In this document: positions 46,035 to 64,000 of the stretch, one piece after another
Position numbering within the stretch: position 1 is the first letter of the stretch
How the letters are laid out: every line of letters starts with the position of its first letter
The notes under the pieces: model-generated
Databases searched by the model: none
Told to the model about the DNA's origin: nothing
Seen by the model: the letters and a program-made list of their open reading frames with translations, nothing else
NCBI RefSeq assembly: GCF_009914755.1
Contig: NC_060931.1
DNA: 64,000 nucleotides
Reading direction: 5' to 3' (one strand)
Source: the human T2T-CHM13v2.0 reference genome, Homo sapiens
Made by a program: the position numbers and the translations under genes

Positions 46035-46287
46035 GTACTAAGTGCTCGTATGAAACAGTGCTAAATGCTCACGTGCAACAGTACTAAGTGCTCACGTCAA
46101 ACAGTACTAAGTGCTCATGTGAAACAGTGCTAAGTGCTCACGTGAAACAGTACTAAGTGCTCACATGAAACGATGCTAAGTGCTCACGTGAAATGATGCT
46201 AAGTGCTCACGTGAAACAGTACTAAGTGCTCACATGAAACGATGCTAAGTGCTCACATGAAACAGTACTAAGTGCTCATGTGAAACA
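46035..46287. repeat. Minisatellite, 11 x 23 bp, consensus GTACTAAGTGCTCACGTGAAACA
   Basis: Eleven contiguous 23-nt units without indels, counted directly. Confidence 0.95.
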
Positions 46288-46726
46288 TTCTGAGTCCTCC
46301 AGGTGTTTCCAGGCCAAGAGAATAGGAACAGTTGGGTGAAAGGGGGATGGCCTTCTCTAAAGAGTCCCAGATCAGGGCCCCTTGCCCCTTGTGTGGCCTG
46401 CCGGTGGCACTTGGATTTCACCCACAGAGCTACCCAGGAACCATGGCAGTTTCTAAGCGGGTCCCAGGAGTCTCAAGGGGGCAGCCTAGAGAGAGGTGAG
46501 AGGGTGATGGCGACACTCCCCAGAGGAGCACGGTGGCCTTGTGAAATGGGTATGGGTTCCGGAACAGACAATCACAAATGGAACACTTAGTAGCTCTATG
46601 CCCTTGGGTATGTCATTCCTCTCTGAGACTCAGTTTCCCCACCTGGGAAATAAGGATAACGTAGCATTCTTGGATTGCTGAGAAGATACAATAAGGGCAA
46701 GTATGAAGTGTGATCGATCAGATTCA

Positions 46727-47130
<404 letters not shown>

Positions 47131-47219
47131 TCACTATGTTGCCCAGGCTGATGGGGCAAGATGGGGGTGGGGGTGAGCCACTGCGCCTGGCAGAACTGTT
47201 GATTTTAACAGTAGGATTA

Positions 47220-47716
<497 letters not shown>

Positions 47717-47755
47717 CTAATCCCAGCACTTTGGGAGGCCGAGGCAGGTGAATCA

Positions 47756-50200
<2,445 letters not shown>

Positions 50201-50595
50201 GCCACTATAAGGCTCCCACCGTGGTCTTGCACATGACTAAGACGGACCCCTCTTTGGAGAACCCCACACACCTCTAGCCACACAGGCCTGGCGCGGGGTG
50301 GCTGCTGCCCCCTCCTTGCCCTCCACGCCCTGCCCCCTGCACCCCCTAGAGACAGCTGACTAGCAGCTGCCCAGCTGTCAAGGTCAGGCAAGTGAGCACC
50401 GGGGACTGAGGATCAGGGCGGGACCCCGTGAGGCTCATTAGGGGAGATGGGGGTCTCCCCTAATGCGGGGGCTGGACCAGGCTGAGTCCCCACAGGGTCC
50501 TAGTGGAGGATGTGGAGGGGCGGGGCAGAGGGGTCCAGCCGGAGTTTATTTAATGATGTAATTTATTGTTGCGTTCCTCTGGAAGCTGTGACTGG

Positions 50596-50601
50596 AATAA
50601 A
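50596..50601 (+). terminator. FZD9 polyadenylation signal AATAAA
   Basis: First AATAAA about 320 nt after the stop codon, preceded by an AU-rich stretch (ATTTA at 50548 and 50561). Confidence 0.85.
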
Positions 50602-51640
50602 CCCCCGCGTGGCACTGCTGAGTCCTCTCTGGCTGGGAAGGGGGGAAGGTAGGAGGGTGAGGGCCCTGCAGGAGTCTTTCTTGTAAGCAGAGCTGGCAGT
50701 GGGTGCTGGCACCCCCCAATCAGGAGGAAGTCCCCCCGGAACAGCTGTGCATTGCAGGAGTCCCAGACACCATGTGTGCGTGTTTTCCCCTCCCGCCCGT
50801 CTCTGTGCTTCCAAATGGAGACAGGGACGCCTGCGGATGTTCAGGGAATTCCCCAGGGTGACACTGCCACCTCTGGCCCCAGGGAGTCCAGTTTGAGGCT
50901 ATGGATGAGTTTTCCTTCTCTGGGAACTTGCTCTCCTTATTGGCGTGGAAAGTAAAGGTGTCAGCCTGTGTCAATGTTGTCACGAGGACCGCCTCCCTGG
51001 GGCCTTGGAAAATTGCTGGTGCGTCTGCCTGGCTCCTCGGGGCCCCCACCAGGGCAGCCCCCACCAGGGCAGCCCCAGCCTGCTCCCTGGCGTCTCCAGG
51101 TGGGGTGAAGAGGTTGTTCTGGTCTGTGGGCCTCTGGGTAGCACAGACATGCACGTGGAGCTGGGAAGCCCTTGAGTAGAGTGGGAATTGGGCCCCTAGC
51201 TCCTAAGCTTGTCAGATTTGAGTTGCTAATGGCAGCGGTGGGAATGAGGCAGCTCAGGTGGCTGTGCAGAGCTCCACACTGGGGCAGGTATGGGGAAAGG
51301 TCCCATGTCCATCTGTGTGCTGGGGTAGCTTAGGGCTGCTAGGGCCTGTCCTGTTTCTGCGGACTGGGTAGCTGGGCACGTGTGGCCATCTGGAGACCCC
51401 TATTGGCTTGGGGTCAGACCCCAGGGCCCCATCTTGGCTGCTGTGACTCCAGCCAGGTGAGAGTATTAGTTACTAGTGTCCCTGGGTGCCTACTATACAC
51501 GGCCGGCATTTGGTGTCAGTGCCAGGAGATCCCAGCGGTCCAGCCCTGCTGCCAGCCTCACTTTAGAGCCACGGGGAGGCTCCAGGAGGGGAGACGCTCA
51601 GGTGCTGAGGATGAATGGTGAGGCGGAGCCCCAAACCTAG

Positions 51641-52294
<654 letters not shown>

Positions 52295-54174
52295 TGAGTG
52301 GGAAACAGAATGAGCTCGTTAGAGGCAGTAAAGTGCCCACACTGGGCGTGGGAGGGGCAGAGGCTTCAGGGAGCTGGGCTCACAGGCAGTGGAAGGGAAG
52401 ATGGGAAGGGCCTATACCAGGGCGGGGGCAGCTGGAGCGAATGGAGAGGATTCCACAGACTTGGGAAGAGCAAGGCAGGCGGGGTGTGGGAAAGGCAGGG
52501 GGAGGATGAGCATCCAAGGGCACCCACCTGCCCCTTCTTTCTTCCTTGCTGTCAGTGACCATGTCCTGCTCAGCAGACACCAGCCTGCTGCTGGTTTTCA
52601 GGGCAGCCCAGATGGGAGCGCAGAGAGGGGCAGTGCAGGGTCAGGACAGGCCCCGGGGGCTGTGCTTTGAGGCCAGGACCTGGGAGGGAGGGCAGGGCCC
52701 TGCCAGCTTTCTCAGACCTGGAAGATGCTATGGAAATAAGTCCTAGGCCCTGGAGGAAAGGGAAAAAGGAAACACAGCCCTCTCATGTGATCTGCTCGCC
52801 TCACGTTTCGGACGGGAAGTGTTTAGATTGGTTGGCCGCTACAGCACATAGCCACGCAGTTTGAGGCCAAGCTGGGAGTTGAACCCAAGTCTGCCTCCAG
52901 AACTTTTGTGCGTTCCACACCAGGGATCCGATTAGGTCCTGGTGGGGAAAGGCAGGGTGTATGCCTTGGCAAGTTTATGTCCCCAGAAGCTGGGCAAAGC
53001 GGGTGGGGAGGAGACAAACACCCCTACCACTGCCAGACCTCTCCCCACGCCCATTAAAGAACCCTCCAGGGCCAAACAAAAATACCTCGGAAACCCACAC
53101 GTGCTGGCATGTGCATCGCGTGCCCAGGCCCGGGCCTTCCCCTTAGTGGTCCTGGTGCCCAGCATTTGGGTCTTCAGAGTGCGGCACCACACGCCCGCAA
53201 GCCTCTTGGGAGGCTGAGCCTGTCCCTGTGGGTTTGCGCTTGTGTGTGGTGAGCCCAAGATCCTCCTGCTCCCAGGAAGTTGCCCGCTCAAGGAAGCAGC
53301 TCCTGAACACAGCAGTCCCAGGTGTTGAAAAGCCAGGAGGCCCAGGGCTGGGGTTAGGAGAGCGCAGTTAATGGGAGGTGAGTTCCTCAGTGTCCTCCAG
53401 AGACACCCTAGCCCCTGGCCAGCAGGAAGAGATGCCCCCTCTGAGTGGCTCTGTTGGAATCCAGATGCCACCTGTTAACCAAGTCTACTGACCATGTCAC
53501 CTCCCCAGAGACAAAACTTGAGAAGAGTGTGCAGGACAAGGACAGGCCTCAGCTGACTCCCAGGTCATGACTCAGGCCCCTGTCCTCAGAGATGGAGTTC
53601 CCATGCCCCCATTTGCAGTCATCAAAGTGGCTGCCCCACAAGGTCACAGCCTGGTAAGGCAGTGGCTAAGAGTGTGCTGAGACCAGGACACGACCAGAAG
53701 TGACCACCCCAAGGCAGTATCCTAGTGTGTGCCTGGGGAAATTACTGGAGGAGCAGGACTTCATAGAGGAAGGCTGGGAGCCCCAAGTGTCACTGTCGCC
53801 ATGCAGAAAATGTCCAGAAGGAGCATGGTTCTCTTCTCCAGAGCTGGAGGCTGGAGCGGATGAGCAGGAAAATTCAATCTGCTGTTGGGGCAAGCCCGCT
53901 TCCTCCAGGCAGGACAAAAATTCCCCAAGTGTTCTGTGTAGGACCTGGCTCGCCCGTGCTTACCAAGGCCGCAAAGCTGCTCAGCAGCAGAACCTGCGCC
54001 CAAGGCTCAGGCCTCAAAGGCTCTTCCCATTACACCAGCTTCACCTCGTTCAGCTGGTCAGGAATTGGCAGTTTAATTTCTCAGTAATTGGGCCCACAGC
54101 AGTGGCTCAGCAAAATCTCTGTATTCCATTGGCGGGTGGCTGCCTAGCAGCACCCTACGCATATCAGCCAGTCA

Positions 54175-54661
<487 letters not shown>

Positions 54662-54899
54662 CTATTTTCACCGTAATTCCTAGTTTCAAATGAAGTTTTT
54701 CAGGGTTTTAGATGGAGACAGGGCCAGGAGAGGCTTGGAGGGAGTACTTCTTTCTGTGGTTAAGAACACTGAGAGGCCCTGACTCTGGAGGCCAAGCCTT
54801 CAGAGGACCCGGCTCCAAGGGTCAGTGGGAAAGCAGCACTCGGGACAGCACTACCCACCCCCACCCACCAAGAAAGAGCACAAACAGCCACCAGAGTGG

Positions 54900-56186
54900 T
54901 TTCTTCTTTATAAACACAAGTACATGAGGTTTATTTGAAATTCCAATTTATTACAAGTTCACCCTTTAATGGGGCCCTTCCTCTTTGAAGACAATAAAAA
55001 AAAAAACAACAACAAACAATTCAGGTGTCACTGAAGTGGGAACACAGGATTCTCACTATGAACAAGAACAGACTGGATGTAGGAGGCAGGGGAAGCTGGC
55101 GGTGGTGGGGTTATGAAGCTGTGATGTCAGTGCCAACTCCATGCCTATAGAAGGGACGGTAAACTACCCAGCAGCCCTGGAGCAATCCTCGTCGTCCTTG
55201 GGCAGGAGGACGGAGGAAGCAGAGGCCACATTCCGCAGTTTAAAATTAAGAGGCTTGATTCTCATGTTCTAGGAGCTGCAGTCCCCTTGGTGGACTTTAA
55301 ATAGGTACAGAAGAGCTTGGGTGCTCAAAATTTCCAAATTCAAAGGTGATAAAAAAGAAAAACCCTGTTTTGTACTTTTATCAAAATCCATCATAAAAGG
55401 GAAAGAAGACTACAAAGTTTTGCCTAAATATAACAACTAGAGCTAGATTTGTTGTGGGGGAAGGGGCTCTCAGAGCTTCTCTGCCGCTCTCTCCTCCCAC
55501 CCCCCACCGACACTGACCACTGGAATCTTCAGGTTCTTGAGGAGTTCCAAGGCTGAGGTCAGAACGGGCATGGGAGGCAGCAGACACAGCACTGCCCTGC
55601 TCCCCCTCCAATGTTGCTGCTTGCCTCAATGAGCCTCCAACCCAACTGCTCTAGAGGAGAGTGGATGGGCTGAAGGAGAAGCCAGGGAAGTTAGAGCAAA
55701 CACATTATCATAGAAACTGTACTGTACATGTGCTAAAGCAAGATGTCAGGAGTATCTTACAAGATGTTCTTTATACAATATCACTGCTGAAACAAGCAAC
55801 TTTTAATAACTAGAAAAGTCAATTTAAAAAAAAAATTAAACATTTAAATTCTTCCTGCTTTTCTTCTGCTCCCCTAAGAGCTTGACTGGTATGTGGGTGG
55901 GCTGGGCTCCAACACCCCTCTGGCCAGATCCATCAAAGTAAAGGTTATATGCATGATTATAAGCAGGACTCCAGTCTCTAAGTGAAGTGCCTTAGTTTTG
56001 TTTTTTTGTTTTTTGTGGTTTTTTTATTTTTTGGGGGGGTGGGAGGAGCTGTCACAAAGAAGGGGAGATTCAGGAATGGCTCCAGGACACGTCCCTTTAC
56101 TCTGCCAAGATCAACTCAAAAGACCACAACTGTTTCATGATGCTGGTGAATACACAATTCTGTATGGCACTCACTGATACTGTCAC
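54900..56186 (-). other. BAZ1B: BAZ1B terminal non-coding exon (3' UTR); 3' end approximate
   Basis: Strong acceptor (ctctgtctcttcccccgtcttcctctcag|G) at 56187/56186 pairs with donor GTG|gtaagg at 56674/56673. Repeat-free, AT-rich sequence ending at tandem AATAAA. Confidence 0.8.
54930..54952 (-). terminator. Tandem BAZ1B polyadenylation signals (2 x AATAAA)
   Basis: TTTATT on the + strand at 54930-54935 and 54947-54952, followed on the - strand by GT-rich sequence. Confidence 0.8.
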
Positions 56187-56688
56187 CTGAGAGGAAGACG
56201 GGGGAAGAGACAGAGTATGGGCTTAAAGAAACAAGACTGTATAATAAATACAGATTAAAAAAGAAAAATCGCCACCATCTCCCCTGTTGGCCTGATTACC
56301 CCGATCCTGCTATGTAACACAGCAATCCCTCCCCTGGAGACCAGAGGGGCTTGGCACTGTGGTGGAAGCCAGAGCGAGCAGGCCCTTAGGAAAGAAGGCA
56401 GGAACAGGAACTGGCTTCACCAGAAAAGCTAAACCCTCGGACTCCTCCTGGAAACTCTCAGAAGGGAGGGTTATGGCCCTCTTTGTCCCTTCATATTTCT
56501 GGACAAAGACCACCAACCCAATATCAAGCCCCATAAAGAGCTTTTAGAAAAACAGCATAAGCTTGGGATGACAGGCGTTTCTGGACTCCCTGCGATCTCT
56601 TCCAGGTTCTTGGTCTTCCTCGCTCGCCTCCCTCCCACCCTCCCTAGCTGTCCCCCCACCTCAGCTCCCTTACCACGGCCCTGCCTCT

Positions 56689-57046
56689 CTACTTCTTCTG
56701 TCTTCGTCCCCTGGACTGTCCAACGGCCTCTGGCTCACTGTCCCCTTCATCTTCAGCAAGCCTATCAGGAAACTTCTTGCGCTTCCTGCGGACATATGGG
56801 TGGCCAGGAAGGTGTTTATGCAACAGAGCCACTAGACACTGTTCTGTCTTCACCATGCAGCTTAGCACATGGCTGCCACGGCAGTTGTAAACCTCAGCAT
56901 TGGTAAACACTTGCTTCATGTCAGTAAGAAACTCCTGCACAGAGCGGTAGCTCCCACAGGAACATTTGTTCTGCACTGTCTGAAAGTCCATGGGGTGCGT
57001 GATCACATCATAGTAGTCCTCGGCCTCATCTCTGGTCACAGGCTCC
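56689..57046 (-). CDS. BAZ1B: BAZ1B last coding exon (bromodomain to C-terminus); the exon continues to 56674
   Basis: Acceptor ctccacag|G; encodes EPVTRDEAEDYYDVITHPMDFQTV...VFTNAEVYN...GRRQKK, stop TAG at 56691-56689; bromodomain PMD and YN motifs present. Confidence 0.96.
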
Positions 57047-57217
57047 CTGTGGAGAAGAACCAAATGGAGAATCTGCACAGCCTTGACGGCAGTGCCCCTG
57101 CCACTGAGACACGTCCTGAAAAGCAAGGGCTTGGCTGAGAGCCCCTCAGGGGCTCTGGAAGCTTTTAGAACCAGCCAGGCCACTCCTCTCCCCTGCACCT
57201 GAGAACACAGCGCTCAC

Positions 57218-57321
57218 CTGAAGGGCCAGCTGAAGCGGTACTTCACGATCTTGTGGAGGATCTCTTCACACTTCTGCAGCTCCAGGCTTTGCCTCCGGGA
57301 GCTCCGCTTGGTCTGAAGCAC
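57218..57321 (-). CDS. BAZ1B: BAZ1B coding exon, start of the bromodomain
   Basis: Boundaries tgccag|GTG and AG|gtgagc; 104 nt; encodes VLQTKRSSRRQSLELQKCEEILHKIVKYRFSWPF(R), containing the bromodomain WPF motif. Confidence 0.95.
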
Positions 57322-58475
57322 CTGGCAGGAAAGAAAGAACAATGTTATTACAGATTCAAGACAGGAGGAAGAATGGACAGGGCAGAAAATAAGTGTATCT
57401 GCTCAAAAAAGGAAGAGAGTTCAACTATTTCCTTGGCGCAGAGGTGCTGAAACCTTCTGATATTCAAGTCAGGGAGCACCCTCGGCCCAGGTGGCAGGCA
57501 TCTTCCCAGTAGTCCACTCACTCGCCTCCCCCGGGGCCACGGCAATCAAAGCAGCAAAGAGCAGGCAGCGGGGGCCGCCTTTACCAGCAGTCCTGCTGGA
57601 GGTCGGCTGAAGGGGGCTACTGTCAACAGGACACTAGCTCTCAGAGAACAGGTGGACCTGGGGTTACAGTGACACCATGGAAGGGCATCAACAAGCCACT
57701 GCAGAAAGCAAAACATGCTATCTGGGCCAACAGCAGCCAATTCTGTGGGGGTGGGGTGCCTCTGGTAAGAAAAGCAAGAGGTCCAATTCCCTTCCTGGGC
57801 TCTTCCACCGTAGACATGTGAGGGTTAAGTGGCTAAAGAGAAAAGGGGCGGGGCCTCCATTCCAGGTAGCCATAACAAAGCTGTGATTCACAGCAGAGGC
57901 CACAGAGCCCAAGGCTGTGGCAAACCGAGCATCTTCTAATGCCTTATGATCTCCCAAATGGCCTGCCTTAAGCCCCTAACTCCAATTTGATCTGTCAAAA
58001 CAAGCACCTTTTCAAGAGTTTCTTTTTTGTTCTTTAAAGCTCAAGTGAGATCTAAAAACTACTAAAATTACATTGGTTAAGGAGCAGAGGGGAGGGTAAT
58101 GTCCCTCCCATAACAACTGTCGACTCAACAGTAAGTGAGGCTCCAGCATTGCTGACATTCCCACAATGAAGACCCAGCCCCTCTGAGCCCACTGGAGACA
58201 CATGGATACTATTTTTAAATCCTTAATAAGTTGCAGGCTGCCCGCTAACTAGTTTGCAGGCTACAGCAGGGGAATGCCGGACATAGCTGTTCCTGGAGGC
58301 CTTGCTGCTTCTGTCTGCGTACAGGCTCACCCATCTGCCTCCCCAGCCTCCCAAGTTTGGTAAGAAGGAGGAGGGGGGAGGCTCCCCTCCCACCTGTTGC
58401 CTGATGAATTCCTAATTGCTGGGGTAGGGAATAAGAAACAGAAAGGTTAGAGAAGGGATGATAAATAATTCTCAC

Positions 58476-58621
58476 CAGCTCATCCACCTCAGCATCATCC
58501 ACAGGTGGTGCCTTGGGCTGAGACCTCCTGGTAGAGTGTGGCTTCTTACCCGGGCGCCGGCCTGACCTTGCTGCAGGGGGGATGACGCTGTGCTTGCCCC
58601 GGATGGTCTTTCGAGGTCTCA
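58476..58621 (-). CDS. BAZ1B: BAZ1B coding exon, basic linker before the bromodomain
   Basis: Boundaries tttcag|TG and CTG|gtgaga; 146 nt; encodes (L)RPRKTIRGKHSVIPPAARSGRRPGKKPHSTRRSQPKAPPVDDAEVDEL. Confidence 0.93.
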
Positions 58622-59225
58622 CTGAAAGAAAAACTATGGATTCAGCAGAGAACAACGGAAGGTGAAGGGAGGAGCATCTTCGAAATGGGGGAAAGGGATG
58701 CAGGGAGAATCCTTTTCCTGGACAAGGAAAGCAGTGGCCTCCTTTGGTTTTAAGGTGCTCTTGCTATTTTATCTTGCCTTACCTAACAGGACACTAAAAG
58801 GCAGTGGCAGCCGATGAAGAATGGGTGCCTTTCATCCACTGCCAAAGCCCTTCAGAGGGCTAGGTCCTTCAGTACTTCTGTCCTGCCCCGTCCTGCAGTT
58901 ACTCCCAGCCATAAGGCCCCTGCAGGAATCAACTGTAAACTCTCACTCATGAGAAGCCATTTGCTAATAGGTCAGCCTGGATTTCCCACAGCCCAAGCTC
59001 AGCCTGAGCGAGTGGATGTATTTACATGTAAGATGGAACTGGATTGTAAAACAAACCCTATGTTGTAATTCCCAGAGTTATTCTACACTTACCATCAGAA
59101 TCTTTCCAGAGAAAAGCTGGTACTTCCATGAAGGGCCACAAGGCTCCTCATTAAATACAATTTAGGGCTAGTCCCCTCCATAAGAGCCCTGCCCAGGATC
59201 CCCAATGAGAGAATAAAGAATATAG

Positions 59226-62923
<3,698 letters not shown>

Positions 62924-64000
62924 TTATTGAGATTCAAGTAAAAAAACAAAGCACCACCTCTACTCTCAGGGCATTCATAATCTCATGGGAGACAGACATG
63001 TATAAAACCAGAGACAAGATCCATGCACCAAAATACTACTTCAGAGAATGGAGGTTCAGCTGAACACAGAGGAGAAACCATGAAGCCTAAGGATGCAAGC
63101 ACTTTTCAAAAGCGCAGTGAAATTTTAGCGAAGCCATGGGCAGTTTACCCACTGGGAATTCTGGGCAGAGAATGTTCCCAGCTGGGAGAAAGGCACAAGA
63201 GGCAAGGATGAACAACAAACGGTCTGTAACAAGTACACAAATATGGGATCTAAAGCTAATAAAAACCCAAGCTGGTATTGTGTAAGAGTCTCAGAAGTGA
63301 GGCCAGGAATTGGGATGTTATTCTAGAGGCAATGGGAAGACTAGAAGTTTGTGATCAGGAATGTGAGCAGATCTTTGCTTTGTGTACAGCATTCTGGTGT
63401 TGCAATAGGTGGGTGGATAAGAGGGGAGAAGACGTGATATAAGAAAGAGGAGTTGAGAAGCCACCAAAGGAGCCCAGGTGACAGATGTAGAAGGGACAAA
63501 TGATAGCGGAGACCACGGAGAATGGAGAGCAAGAAACTGGATCATCAAACATCTGGGCATTGGATTGATATCATGGCAAATTAATGGGTTTGTAGGATGA
63601 GGGAGAGATGTTCATTTCCAAGTTGACACCCAAGTTCTACTCATGATAGGGAAGAAAACATTATGTATCGGTAAGGAAGGTAATGAGTGTGAGATTTTTA
63701 GCAGTGGGTGATAGCAGAAGTAATCATGAAGACACAGGAAGTGGGCAACAGGAGGCTAAAGGCAGAGAGAGAGATTTCATTACTTGAGAAGAAGGTATGA
63801 TCAAGAAGACAGAGAATGTGGCTGGCAGTGAAAACTAGAAATGTCAACATTCAGCTAAAATTAGCTCAGAGTCCTTTGAGCTCCTATTGAAGTACTGTAA
63901 ATGATCAGGCTCTGTACCCAAAAGATGAACTTAAAGCTCCTTAGATTCATTCTGTTTGAATAACTCAAGCTTAATTATAACAGCTATTCATATTTATTCA

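Noticed and set aside
46035-46287. Regular 23-bp periodic array resembling a CRISPR
   Set aside because: Units are contiguous with no unique spacers, there are no cas genes, and the DNA is primate; it is a minisatellite.
51044-51076. 15-bp direct repeat CCCCACCAGGGCAGC x2
   Set aside because: Simple slippage duplication with no evident function.
57047-57198. N-terminal part of track ORF 56689-57198
   Set aside because: Intronic read-through; the real exon begins at the acceptor at 57046.

Overview
Eukaryotic, primate (almost certainly human) genomic DNA. The protein sequences identify it as the FZD9-BAZ1B interval of the Williams-Beuren syndrome region (7q11.23). About the first 48 kb has no recognisable genes and is extremely Alu-dense, with nested LTRs (LTR10, LTR8, MER41, THE1, LTR9), DNA transposon remnants, a Y3 RNA pseudogene and microsatellites. 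It is followed by the intronless, CpG-island gene FZD9 (+ strand, 48502-50277, 591 aa). The last four coding exons and the spliced 3' UTR of BAZ1B/WSTF (- strand) converge on FZD9. Nearly all other ORFs in the track are Alu, low-complexity or GC-rich shadow ORFs. I found no new protein-coding system. The most interesting unexplained structures are regulatory: (1) an 11 x 23-bp minisatellite about 2.2 kb upstream of the FZD9 ATG in which almost every unit carries an E-box/M-box (TCACGTGA, TCATGTGA, TCACATGA); (2) a strong-Kozak 20-aa uORF in the FZD9 leader whose stop codon is the only barrier to a 328-aa overlapping ORF; (3) a perfect hairpin in the FZD9 3' UTR; (4) an NMD-safe intron in the BAZ1B 3' UTR; (5) LTR-borne AP-1, GAS and NRF1 motif clusters. 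Repeat family names come from my recall of consensus sequences and need RepeatMasker/Dfam confirmation.
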